From NCBI GenBank assembly GCA_020057555.1, contig JAGVFR010000001.1, positions 3,062 through 67,061 on the forward strand: a stretch of 64,000 nt of DNA, written 5' to 3'. This DNA comes from a bacterium (GTDB lineage Bacteria; Patescibacteriota; Patescibacteriia; UBA9934; GWF2-40-263). Both the position numbers and the translations under genes were made by a program. This document shows positions 39,131 to 48,196 of the stretch, in pieces. The notes beneath the pieces are model-generated. The model searched no databases. It was not told where the DNA came from and worked only from the letters and a program-made list of their open reading frames with translations. Within the stretch, counting starts at the first letter, position 1, and the number at the start of each line of letters is the position of its first letter.

Positions 39131-39334
39131 ATGTTAGAAACAATTCTTACAATTATTGGATGGTTATTTGTTCTTGGACCAACTCTTGCGTTTATATGTG
39201 TGAGTTTCTACGTTATTAAGGGTGCGATGGGGGATGATGTCGTTGTTAACGCACTTGTGCTAATAGGCCTTGCTTTCTTCTTTATGGGGGCGATTTTATT
39301 ACTTACTCTATACCTCACGAATGTGTTTGGATGA
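39131..39334 (+). CDS. Small two-TM membrane protein (hypothetical)
   Basis: 67 aa, two hydrophobic helices. Support is weak; it could be spurious. Confidence 0.3.
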   Translation: MLETILTIIGWLFVLGPTLAFICVSFYVIKGAMGDDVVVNALVLIGLAFFFMGAILLLTLYLTNVFG

Positions 39335-39355
39335 ACTGGTGGCGTCGCACAATAA

Positions 39356-39423
39356 ATCTTATACGACACATAAGTTATTTTAAGCAAGAAATTGGTTTGC
39401 ATAAATTATGTGTCGTATAAGAT
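39356..39423. repeat. Long inverted repeat in a 283-nt intergenic spacer (18-bp perfect arms, extendable)
   Basis: atcttatacgacacataa (39356-39373) and ttatgtgtcgtataagat (39406-39423) are exact reverse complements. TACGACAC-like octamers recur at about 39435 and 39541. Confidence 0.8.
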
Positions 39424-39617
39424 CGTCATAGATTTTACGACTCTGAATTAGAGATCACAAAATCTGTCGTTATTACCGCTACTTATCTCACTTCATATAC
39501 TTCTCTTTCAAGATCTAATATAAGTAGTCTTTTTTTATTTTACGACACACTATAAATAATCAAACTTTTTTGTTATCCTTTGCTACTTTTTTACTCTCCT
39601 ACTTTACTACTTCACCT

Positions 39618-40445
39618 CTACTTATAATACACATGATCGCCGAATCTAAGGTCGATATACTCAAGCTTTGATACGTCCGTTATCTTTTCTTTTTTTATTA
39701 GTTCGAGTCTCTGTGCTTGAGCATCAACATCACCTGTGACATCAAATAGTATTCGATAACCACCTGTTGTGAGTACACCGGTCCACTTCCCTGCTAAGCG
39801 ATCAAACTCAACTTGCATATAAGAAATATTTTGTGCTTTAAGATGTTCACCAAATCTAAACACGGAATTGATTTCATTTGATGTAAGAACCGAGTCGCCT
39901 ATATCGATTTCAACATTGCTCCTGTCAACAAAAATTGGTAATGAAGACAGGAGATATTCCTCAGCAGTGCGAATTACGATTCCGTCCAAATCAACAACGT
40001 ACGATTGTCCTTTTGTTTGCCATACTAAAAACGAAGTTCGCTCATGAATTTGAATCTCAATTCGATTTTTGATTCTAGAAATTTGAATGTCACGCAATGT
40101 GAACTTCTCTTTCAGTAATTCAACAAGTTTATCTTGATCAAATAAATATCTGCTCTGACGAGGAAAAACTATAAACACTCGATCGCCAGTGTATGATCTC
40201 AACACATCATCAATTTCAGTTTTTGAAATTGTCTCAAGCCCAGAAACGTGAATTTCGTTTATTTGCAAAGAGGGATTTAAAAAAATGATAAATAGAAAAA
40301 CAAGAATCATTAAAAATGAAATCAATACACCGACTAAAATCATCATCGGACGTCTGTCGATTCGTTCGCGAAAATATGGATTTCGAAATGATCGAGACGC
40401 ATATCGTTTGTGTTGAGTTTTCCTAAAAAAATCTCGACGTTTCAT
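39618..40445 (-). CDS. ftsQ: Cell division protein FtsQ/DivIB (POTRA-domain)
   Basis: A basic N-terminus, a single TM helix, then POTRA-like I..I.V.G........I and a beta domain. 275 aa. Confidence 0.65.
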   Translation of the reverse strand: MKRRDFFRKTQHKRYASRSFRNPYFRERIDRRPMMILVGVLISFLMILVFLFIIFLNPSLQINEIHVSGLETISKTEIDDVLRSYTGDRVFIVFPRQSRYLFDQDKLVELLKEKFTLRDIQISRIKNRIEIQIHERTSFLVWQTKGQSYVVDLDGIVIRTAEEYLLSSLPIFVDRSNVEIDIGDSVLTSNEINSVFRFGEHLKAQNISYMQVEFDRLAGKWTGVLTTGGYRILFDVTGDVDAQAQRLELIKKEKITDVSKLEYIDLRFGDHVYYK

Positions 40446-40492
40446 ATATTAACAGCTATCAGCCGCTAACCTTTAACTGCTAGTTTTAAGAT

Positions 40493-41632
40493 TCACGAAA
40501 CAACGATCCTAGGTAAAAGTGGATTTATCCTCGTCACAATTTCGTAAGGAATGGTTTGAATTTTTCTTGCAACTTCAACTGCACTAATTTCGTGGCGTCC
40601 GTCAATTCCAAGTAAAGTTACCACTTGCTCTTTTTCGACTGTTGGAACTGACGAAACATCGATCATCATCATATTCATACAAACTCTTCCCATAACTTTA
40701 CATCGATAACCACCAACAAGAACTTCTCCGATTGATGACAGAGATCGATCATATCCATCCCTGTATCCAACAGGAAGAACCGCGATGCGACTGCGCTGTT
40801 TAAGTCGTTCTGTTGAACCATATCCAATCGGTGTTCCAATAGGTAAAGATTTGACTTGAGCGACTCGTGTTTTCCATTTGAGTGCAGGCCTCAATTCACA
40901 TGAGATATTTTGTTTGCGTATTGTCTGTTCAACAAGTTCAGATGGCCATATTCCATAAAGTCCAATTCCGGCTCTTACAAGTGTTCCGTGAGTAACCGGA
41001 TAAAGAAGTATCGCGGCTGTACAAGCACAATGAATATGAGGTGGATTAAAACCGTGGTTTTGTAATTCTTTCAACGCATCAGAAAATCGCGAAAATTGAA
41101 GCGAAGCATATTCTGCGTTACCAGTATCCTCAATACTTGCAAAGTGTGTTGAAATTCCACAAATGGAAACATGTGGGCTTCGTTTTATCTCAAGAAGGAA
41201 ATCAATCAATTCTTCCATCAAAATACCTCTCCTAGAAGTCCCAGTTTCGATTTTAAGGTGGATTTGGGCTGTTGATGCTGTTGCGGCCGCAACGCGCTCT
41301 AATTGTTCAATATCTTCGCGATCTGAAAGAGTAAGTTCAATCCCATTTCTAACAGCTTCAGGATATTGATATTGCATTACATATCCAAGAACGATTATTT
41401 GCGCGCTTGGTAGTAATTCACGCAAAACTAGCGCTTCGTCTAAATTATCTACACCAAATGATTGAACGCCAACACGCGCCGCGATTTGCGCAACTTCTTT
41501 CATTCCATGTCCGTATGCGTTGGCTTTTACAATTGCGCAAAAACGCGCTCCTTGAGACAAGGAACGCAATGTTTTGATGTTTGAAATAATCGCTTGCTCA
41601 TCAATTTCAACCCATGTTCTTTCCATATTCAT
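40493..41632 (-). CDS. alr: Alanine racemase
   Basis: PLP lysine context FCAIVKANAYGHG. The C-terminal beta domain is present. Confidence 0.9.
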   Translation of the reverse strand: MNMERTWVEIDEQAIISNIKTLRSLSQGARFCAIVKANAYGHGMKEVAQIAARVGVQSFGVDNLDEALVLRELLPSAQIIVLGYVMQYQYPEAVRNGIELTLSDREDIEQLERVAAATASTAQIHLKIETGTSRRGILMEELIDFLLEIKRSPHVSICGISTHFASIEDTGNAEYASLQFSRFSDALKELQNHGFNPPHIHCACTAAILLYPVTHGTLVRAGIGLYGIWPSELVEQTIRKQNISCELRPALKWKTRVAQVKSLPIGTPIGYGSTERLKQRSRIAVLPVGYRDGYDRSLSSIGEVLVGGYRCKVMGRVCMNMMMIDVSSVPTVEKEQVVTLLGIDGRHEISAVEVARKIQTIPYEIVTRINPLLPRIVVS

Positions 41633-42005
41633 CTTTCAATTGTTTAGTAAACTCGATCGGAATTTCTTGTTTATTTTCAGCCATCCATTTTCTTAAACTT
41701 AACTCCAATTTTTTTTGATCGTAACCTAAAACTATAATGTCAGGATCAATTTTTTTGACCACACCATAGCTCCCAAGTGTTTCATCTGATAATTCTGCAT
41801 CTTCAATTCCAGGAATTTGAAGAATAGTTTCAAGACGGATTTGCTCACTATTATTTGGAGATTTGTTTTTAAGTTTTTGTACATGAGAATCACGAGTGAC
41901 TGAAACAAAGAGCAAGTCCCCTTCCCTTTTTGCTTGTTTCAAAAAAAACAAATGCCCGGCATGAAGCCCGTCAAATGTTCCAAATACAAGCACGCGCCTG
42001 TTCAT
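41607..42005 (-). CDS. Small cytidylyl/adenylyltransferase-fold nucleotidyltransferase (HxGH motif)
   Basis: VFGTFDGLHAGH is the (T/H)xGH signature of the cytidylyltransferase-like family. 132 aa. It overlaps the alr start by 26 nt. Confidence 0.6.
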   Translation of the reverse strand: MNRRVLVFGTFDGLHAGHLFFLKQAKREGDLLFVSVTRDSHVQKLKNKSPNNSEQIRLETILQIPGIEDAELSDETLGSYGVVKKIDPDIIVLGYDQKKLELSLRKWMAENKQEIPIEFTKQLKDEYGKNMG

Positions 42006-42006
42006 A

Positions 42007-43482
42007 TTATTTGATTTCAGGACGCAACGTTGGAAACAGAATAACCTCTTTGATATTTTCCGCTCCAGTCAAAAGCATCACCATGCGGTCAACCCCAATC
42101 CCAAGCCCGCAAACTGGCGGCATTCCATGCTTGATTGCTTCTAAATAATCCTCGTCAGTTTGATGAGCCTCTTCAAAACCAGCTTTTTCACGAGCTTTTT
42201 CAGCGACAAATCGTTTTTCAAGATCAACTGGATCATTAAGTTCAGAATAGTTGTTTCCAATTTCACTTCCTAGCGCAAAAGCTTCAAATCGCTCAACAAA
42301 TTTTGAATCTGAACATTTTTTCGCAAGCGGAGAAACTTCAACCGGATAATCGTAAATTATTGTTGGTTGAATAAGTTTTTCTTCAACAAGTTCTTCAAAT
42401 GCAAAAGCCATCAGCTCACCAACTGTCTGCATTTGATCAATAATCTCATGTTGAGACTTTGGTAATTTTTTTTTCAATTCTTCTCTTGCTTTCTTTTCAT
42501 TTTCCCAAGTATTTGACTCAAGACCTCCGATTTTTTCTACTGCCTCTACAAGTCTCATTCTTTTCCATGGGCGCGCGAGTTCTATTGTTGTTTCGCCATG
42601 CAAAACACTTGTCTTGCCAAGCGCTTGTTTTGCCGCGAATTCAAAAATTTCTTCAAACAAATCCATACCATACAAATAATTTTGATATGCAATCTGCGCT
42701 TCAAACATTGTAAACTCTGGATTATGATCGCGATCAATTCCTTCATTTCGAAATACTTTTGTAATCTCGTAAACTTTTTCAAAACCTCCGACAATCAGTC
42801 GCTTGAGATACATCTCGTCTGAAATCCGAAGAAAAAAATCAGCATCAAGCGCGTTGTGGTGCGTTTTGAAGGGTCGAGCAAAACCTCCTCCATATACTGG
42901 CTGAAGTGTCGGTGTTTCAACTTCAATAAAACCACGCGAATCAAGCAAACTTCGAATCGCAACAATAATTCTTGATCTTGAAAGAAGACGTTCGCGCACT
43001 TCAGCATTCATTATTAAATCCAAATAGCGTTTTCTAAAACGTGTTTCAACGTCCGAAAGCCCATGCCATTTTTCTGGCAAAGGAAGCAATGACTTGGCAA
43101 GAGGAGTATAAACAAAAACATCCAAACTTTGTTCACCTTTTTTTGTGACAAACGCTTTTCCAGTGCATTGCAAAAAATCCCCAATATCCATCATTTGCAA
43201 GAATTGTTTGTACGATGCTTCACCAACGTGATCTTTTCGAATTACAATTTGAACAAGACCAGAACCATCTTGAATTTGGCAAAAAGTTAAACCACCGTGT
43301 GTTCGAATCAATCTAATTCGTCCAACCAGAGAAACATCTTGTTGCGAATTTTGAAAAGTTTCAAATTCTTTTAGAAACTCCGCAACAGTATTCGATCTTT
43401 GAGTTGTTGATGGATAAGGATCAATTCCAGCATCTCGCATTGCTTGAAGGCGTGCGAGTCGCGCTTGTGTTTCGTCAATCAT
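42007..43482 (-). CDS. lysS: Lysine--tRNA ligase (class II)
   Basis: The N-terminal OB domain and class II motifs (FRNEG, the GLGIGVDRMVMLLT motif-3 region). RFRKRYLDLI is typical of LysRS. Confidence 0.9.
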   Translation of the reverse strand: MIDETQARLARLQAMRDAGIDPYPSTTQRSNTVAEFLKEFETFQNSQQDVSLVGRIRLIRTHGGLTFCQIQDGSGLVQIVIRKDHVGEASYKQFLQMMDIGDFLQCTGKAFVTKKGEQSLDVFVYTPLAKSLLPLPEKWHGLSDVETRFRKRYLDLIMNAEVRERLLSRSRIIVAIRSLLDSRGFIEVETPTLQPVYGGGFARPFKTHHNALDADFFLRISDEMYLKRLIVGGFEKVYEITKVFRNEGIDRDHNPEFTMFEAQIAYQNYLYGMDLFEEIFEFAAKQALGKTSVLHGETTIELARPWKRMRLVEAVEKIGGLESNTWENEKKAREELKKKLPKSQHEIIDQMQTVGELMAFAFEELVEEKLIQPTIIYDYPVEVSPLAKKCSDSKFVERFEAFALGSEIGNNYSELNDPVDLEKRFVAEKAREKAGFEEAHQTDEDYLEAIKHGMPPVCGLGIGVDRMVMLLTGAENIKEVILFPTLRPEIK

Positions 43483-43495
43483 ATTTTAAGGAAAG

Positions 43496-43573
43496 CATGA
43501 GCTACAGCACACATGTCTCCGGGCCAGCGGACTCCTCGCCGCTGTTCCCTCCGACATGGTGCTGTAGCTCATG
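43496..43573. repeat. G+C-rich palindromic repeat element, copy 2 of 4
   Basis: Perfect 15-bp outer arms catgagctacagcac/gtgctgtagctcatg. The core is CATGTCTCCGGGCCAGCGGACTCCTCGCCGCTGTTCCCTCCGACATG. It sits between greA and lysS. Confidence 0.8.
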
Positions 43574-43588
43574 GAAGTCCATAAGTTA

Positions 43589-44053
43589 TTACAGAATTTT
43601 TACAATTTTATATTCAATAGAACCGCTTAGAACACTAATTGAAACTGCCTCCCCTACCCTGTGGCCAACAAAGGCTTGGCCAAGCGGTGATTCATTACTA
43701 ATTTTTCCTGAAACTGGATCAGCTTCTGTTGAACCAACCAATGAAAAAGTTTTTTCAATTCCATTTACAACAACTTGAAATGTGCATCCAAGATTGATTA
43801 CATCCGTGCCTGATGTTTTTTCAACCAAAACTGCGTTGTGAATCATTTCTTCAAGCTGAACAACTCGAGCCTCGTTTAGAGCTTGTTGTTCTTTCGCGTC
43901 TTGATATTCAAAATTCTCTGACAAATCACCGAGCTCTTTTGCAGAACTAATGATTTCCGCGATTTCACGACGTGTTTCTCTTGATCGTTTTTCAAGTTCG
44001 TCTTTTAGGTCTTCTAATTTTTCTTTTGAGAGATAAACCATAATATGTGTCAT
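43589..44053 (-). CDS. greA: Transcription elongation factor GreA
   Basis: The N-terminal coiled coil has the acidic tip (DLSENFEYQDAKE). A C-terminal FKBP-like domain is present. Confidence 0.9.
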   Translation of the reverse strand: MTHIMVYLSKEKLEDLKDELEKRSRETRREIAEIISSAKELGDLSENFEYQDAKEQQALNEARVVQLEEMIHNAVLVEKTSGTDVINLGCTFQVVVNGIEKTFSLVGSTEADPVSGKISNESPLGQAFVGHRVGEAVSISVLSGSIEYKIVKIL

Positions 44054-44086
44054 TCAAACCTACCGTTCTTAAGGATGTATGTCAAC

Positions 44087-45157
44087 CTATTTTTTAATAT
44101 GCTTCCCCCTAGGAATTGTAGCAAAAGCAGTTGCAAATGGAACAGTTAACATGAGCGATATTGTCCCAACAATTGTTCTTACAAATTCTTCAGCAACTGC
44201 CTGGTTATTGAGAAAAGTACCAACATCTGACGAAGATGAAAAATAAATAAGAAAAATTGGCAATGCCGCGCCAGCATAGACCAAGACAAGTGTGTTAACA
44301 GTTGAAGCAATGTGATGCCGACCAATACGCATTGCTCTGAAAAATAAATCCTTTCGCGAAAGTGTTGGATCAACGTCAAGCATTTCACCTACAACTTCTG
44401 ATTGAGTTACAGCAACATCATCCAAAACACCCACTGTTCCAAGAATCACGGCCGCAATGAAAAGCGCAACTGGATCTTTAATTGTTTCAACTTCCCACAA
44501 AAGCAATGTCGACTCTTCTGTTCCAACGCCTGAAAGTGAACTTACGTGTGTGAAAATATAACTTAATATCACAACAACGAATAACCCAGCGACTGTTCCT
44601 AGAAATGAAAAAAATGTTCGCACACGCAATCCGTGAGACAAATGAATGTTCACAAATAAAATAACAATTGAAGCAAGAACTGTCATTAGAATCGGATCGC
44701 GTCCAGCGAGAATTTGTGGAAACAAAAACCAAAACAAAACAAACAAAGTAAACGCAAGACCGATAAGCGAAAACAAACCTCGAAAAAATCCAATCACGAT
44801 TGCGATTGCCGCGAAAATGAAAAAAAGCGACATGAGCGATCCTGTTCGAACTTTGTCATCAAAATAAGTTGTTTGTGTTCCATCTGAATTTTCAACAATT
44901 CGCAACAATACTCGATCACCCTTTTTTAGGGTGATGTATAAACCGTCTGGATACGAATCAGATGTGTCGACCTTAAACACTTCACCAAATGAACTTTTTG
45001 ATTCAAATTTATAAAAATGCTTTCCATCTGACTCTTGATCTTGAATGTTTATAATTGTCGCTTTTACTTCTTTTGGTTCTGTAATTTCCTGCGCAAAAAC
45101 GCTCGTTGCAGAAAACATGAACAAAAAGAAACAAAAAATAATTCCCCGAGTTTTCAT
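44087..45157 (-). CDS. YibE/F-family multi-TM membrane protein
   Basis: The signal-like start is MKTRGIIFCFFLFMFSATSVFA and there are several TM helices. The family motif is GVLDDVAVTQSE. The longer ORF in the track (to 45256) would translate through the repeat element, so the start at 45157 is preferred. Confidence 0.65.
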   Translation of the reverse strand: MKTRGIIFCFFLFMFSATSVFAQEITEPKEVKATIINIQDQESDGKHFYKFESKSSFGEVFKVDTSDSYPDGLYITLKKGDRVLLRIVENSDGTQTTYFDDKVRTGSLMSLFFIFAAIAIVIGFFRGLFSLIGLAFTLFVLFWFLFPQILAGRDPILMTVLASIVILFVNIHLSHGLRVRTFFSFLGTVAGLFVVVILSYIFTHVSSLSGVGTEESTLLLWEVETIKDPVALFIAAVILGTVGVLDDVAVTQSEVVGEMLDVDPTLSRKDLFFRAMRIGRHHIASTVNTLVLVYAGAALPIFLIYFSSSSDVGTFLNNQAVAEEFVRTIVGTISLMLTVPFATAFATIPRGKHIKK

Positions 45158-45183
45158 AGGTTTATAGTTTACCATATCGGTCA

Positions 45184-45254
45184 TTTTGAGGTCGAACCAT
45201 GTCTCCGGGCCAGCGGACTCCTCGCCGCTGTTCCCTACGACATGATTCGACATC
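45184..45254. repeat. G+C-rich palindromic repeat element, copy 3 of 4
   Basis: The core is CATGTCTCCGGGCCAGCGGACTCCTCGCCGCTGTTCCCTACGACATG, flanked by tcgaac/gattcga arms. It sits between pilM and the YibE/F gene. Confidence 0.75.
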
Positions 45255-45286
45255 AAAATATAATGAAAAACAGCCTGAATTGGCTG

Positions 45287-46477
45287 TTACGAGAGAGTCA
45301 AGGTTCTCTTGGTGAAAGGAAACTTGATAGATATCGGAAGTTTGAATGGATTGCCCAGTAAGAAGCCTGAATACTTCGTGTCAGGTGGACAGAGATTGAT
45401 CCTGACGTCGTTCGCTCCGATCTTTGAATCGCCATTGAACCGTCTGGCAAGGCCGACTGCGACTGTTGCAAACGTTTCCATCTGACGAAGAAGTTCGAGG
45501 TCGAAATCGCGCGCATCAACACTGATGTTCTTGAATGGATTAACGAGCTCTACGGGAATTCTGAATCGCCGCTCACAAGCCCTGATAAAGGCGCTAGATT
45601 GCGACACACCTCCGCTTAAGTAAATCCGTGCGATGTCAGCTTTCATGGTAACTGCCGCGAAGTAGTCAAGAGATCGTTTTATCTCTGTGACGAATGTTTC
45701 CGATACGTGTTCCTCGAGCTTTCGCACTTCACAAAGCACAGAAGACGAGGAAATCGAATCGTCTTCTGATGTCTGGTAGTGCACTGCTTCTGCCCACGAA
45801 ACATTGAGCTGTTTCATTATCTCGGCGGTCAGAAACGTTCCGCCCATCGAGATCTCACGCGTAAAGGTTGTGATCCCGTTTGAGATCACATTGATACTGA
45901 TGCTTGAGGCACCAACATTGAAAAGAACAATGATCTCGTTTGAAGGACAGCTATAGTTCAGGTCGAACGAGTTCTGAACAGCGAACGTGTCAATGTCCAC
46001 GACTTCTGGGGAAAGCCCGGCTTCTCGAACCACATAAATATAGTCATTGACAACATCCTTTTTCGCGGCCACAAGCAAAACATCCATCTGTCCCTGATAA
46101 GCTTTGGGATTGAGGATTTGAACATCGATGTTGACTTTCTTTATGTCGAACGGGATGTACTGCTCTGCTTCCCAAATTATTGCCTCTCGCAGTTCTTCAG
46201 GAGTCATCTCTGGAATCGAGATCTTCTTGACGATAACTGAATGCCCTGACATCGAAATCGCGCATCGTGAACGTCCGCACTTATTAACTTTCACTAATTC
46301 GCGAAGTGTGTTGACAATCGCGTCGGGGTTCAACAGTGCCCCGTCAACAATGGTTTCCGGAGGCAACATGCAACTATCGAATTTGACGAGTTTGAGCCCA
46401 GTTCCAGTCTCTGCGAGCTGACACAGCTTGATTGAAGAAGATCCGATGTCCAGTCCAAGTAGTAATTTTCGTGACAT
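45287..46477 (-). CDS. pilM: Type IV pilus assembly ATPase-fold protein PilM (actin-like); orphan and G+C-rich
   Basis: The start is MSRKLLLGLDIGSSSIKL with AAAGGAG upstream. The actin/HSP70-fold motifs and PilM-like segments (EAEQYIPFDIKKVNIDVQIL, MDVLLVAAKKD) are present. No pilN/O/P/Q genes are adjacent. GC content is visibly higher than the flanks. Confidence 0.7.
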   Translation of the reverse strand: MSRKLLLGLDIGSSSIKLCQLAETGTGLKLVKFDSCMLPPETIVDGALLNPDAIVNTLRELVKVNKCGRSRCAISMSGHSVIVKKISIPEMTPEELREAIIWEAEQYIPFDIKKVNIDVQILNPKAYQGQMDVLLVAAKKDVVNDYIYVVREAGLSPEVVDIDTFAVQNSFDLNYSCPSNEIIVLFNVGASSISINVISNGITTFTREISMGGTFLTAEIMKQLNVSWAEAVHYQTSEDDSISSSSVLCEVRKLEEHVSETFVTEIKRSLDYFAAVTMKADIARIYLSGGVSQSSAFIRACERRFRIPVELVNPFKNISVDARDFDLELLRQMETFATVAVGLARRFNGDSKIGANDVRINLCPPDTKYSGFLLGNPFKLPISIKFPFTKRTLTLS

Positions 46478-46615
46478 TTCCGACTCCTTTTTGCGTCTGC
46501 CAGGAAACGCAGAGTTATTTAAACACATCTGAAGTATTTGGTCTACTTAAAAGTGTTCAAATCGTCCAGCAAAAATTGGTGTTTACGAGGAAATAAGGTA
46601 AACTTGCGCAGTTGT

Positions 46616-47476
46616 ATGAAATTTCTCAAACCACTACTTATAATCATAGTTATTATACTTGCCTCCTATAGTCTGTTTGTTGCATTTCCACGCAAAGTAA
46701 ACGACAACAACTATCAAAAACCATCTGTTGCCGCGACAATCTTTCCTCTTTACGATATTGTAAAAAACATTGCTGGAAATGAAATTGACGTCTCTCTGAT
46801 TCTTCCTCCTGGCGCAAGCCCACATACTTTTGAACCAACTCCGACGATTTTGCGAGAAATGAAAAAAGCCCAAACTGTTTTTATGATCGGTCATGGAATA
46901 GATGATTGGGCAAAAAGTTTAGTTGAAGATTCGAACAAAATTTTAGCTGTTGATAATGGAATTACTCTTCGTCCAAATGACCCTCATTATTTTTTAACAG
47001 GAGAAAACGCGATCCTGATTTCACAAACCGTTGCAGATTCTCTTATATTGGCACTTCCAAATTTAACAGGTTCAATTAGTGAAAATCAAAAAAAATATCA
47101 AATAGAACTAGAAAAAATGAATGAACAAATTAAAACAGAATTATCTAAAGTAAAAAATCGCGAACTCATTACTTTTCATGATGCGTGGTATTATTTTGCA
47201 GAGGCATACGGGTTGAACATCGTTGGAACATTCGAACCAAGTGTTGGCCGTGAACCAACACCGCAATATCTCGCAAAACTTTCACAGAAGATAAAAGAGA
47301 CTGGCGTTCGCGTTCTTTACGCTGAACCACAATTCTCAACACGAGGCATTGAAGCATTCTTGAATGACAACAATGTATCTGTTGTAATAATTGACCCAGA
47401 AGGTGGAGGTGTCGAGTCTACTTCATTTATAAACTTGATGATTTCAAATGCGCGAACAATTGCAAAAAACCAATAA
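46616..47476 (+). CDS. Metal (zinc/manganese) ABC transporter substrate-binding protein (ZnuA/TroA family)
   Basis: The signal peptide is LLIIIVIILASYSLFVA. The cluster-9 SBP motifs are PPGASPHTFEPTP and FHDAWYYFAEAYGL. Confidence 0.8.
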   Translation: MKFLKPLLIIIVIILASYSLFVAFPRKVNDNNYQKPSVAATIFPLYDIVKNIAGNEIDVSLILPPGASPHTFEPTPTILREMKKAQTVFMIGHGIDDWAKSLVEDSNKILAVDNGITLRPNDPHYFLTGENAILISQTVADSLILALPNLTGSISENQKKYQIELEKMNEQIKTELSKVKNRELITFHDAWYYFAEAYGLNIVGTFEPSVGREPTPQYLAKLSQKIKETGVRVLYAEPQFSTRGIEAFLNDNNVSVVIIDPEGGGVESTSFINLMISNARTIAKNQ

Positions 47477-47486
47477 TCAACATCCG

Positions 47487-48194
47487 ATGATACAAGTCAA
47501 AAATCTTTCGGTTGTTTATGGTCATCAAACAATTTTGTCTCATGTTTCATTTGATGTGAAACATGGCGAAATCGCCGCGGTAATCGGCCCAAATGGCTCT
47601 GGAAAAACGACGCTCATTCGCGCGATTTTAGGTTTAATACCTTTCGATGGAGAAATTTTGATTGATGGTCAACTTCCTTCACACGTTCGCTCGCATGTCG
47701 GATACGTTCCACAAAGATTTCGTTTCGACCCAGACTTCCCAATCACAGTTAGAGAATATCTTGATCTGTCAAAAACGCATGTTCATAAATATGAGTACGC
47801 GCACAAACTCAAAGAAGTTGGTCTTGAAACTTCCATTCTTCATAAACCTCTTGGTTCGCTTTCCGGCGGACAACTTCAACGCGTTTTAATCGCGCAAGCG
47901 ACAATCGATCATCCAACTCTTCTTATTTTAGACGAACCTTCAACTGGAATCGATATCGTAGGTGAAGAACAATTTTACGAACTTCTCAAATCACAACGCG
48001 ACCAACACGGAACAACAGTTATTCTTGTGTCACATGATATTGCTGTTGTTTCAAATGTTGTAGATCAAGTCATTTGCGTGAATAAACGTCTTGTTTGTTT
48101 TGGGCCGCCAAGACAAGCACTCACGCAAGAAAAACTCTCCGAGTTGTACGGGAAAAAAGACGCATCGCTTTATTCTCATCACCATCACAATTAA
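47487..48194 (+). CDS. Metal ABC transporter ATP-binding protein (ZnuC-like) with a C-terminal His-rich tail
   Basis: Walker A is GPNGSGKTT, the signature is LSGGQLQR, Walker B is LLILDEP. The C-terminal tail is SHHHHN. Confidence 0.85.
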   Translation: MIQVKNLSVVYGHQTILSHVSFDVKHGEIAAVIGPNGSGKTTLIRAILGLIPFDGEILIDGQLPSHVRSHVGYVPQRFRFDPDFPITVREYLDLSKTHVHKYEYAHKLKEVGLETSILHKPLGSLSGGQLQRVLIAQATIDHPTLLILDEPSTGIDIVGEEQFYELLKSQRDQHGTTVILVSHDIAVVSNVVDQVICVNKRLVCFGPPRQALTQEKLSELYGKKDASLYSHHHHN

Positions 48195-48196
48195 AT

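Noticed and set aside
45158-45256. N-terminal extension of the YibE/F ORF (MMSNHVVGNSGEESAGPETWFDLKMTDMV...) given in the ORF track
   Set aside because: That stretch is the translation of the G+C-rich palindromic repeat. A signal-peptide-like Met at 45157 gives a typical YibE/F start.
46529-46615. Zur box in the pilM/znuA divergent region (AAATCGT ... TTACGA half-sites)
   Set aside because: The half-sites are about 19 nt apart and do not form the known Zur palindrome. No convincing operator could be defined.
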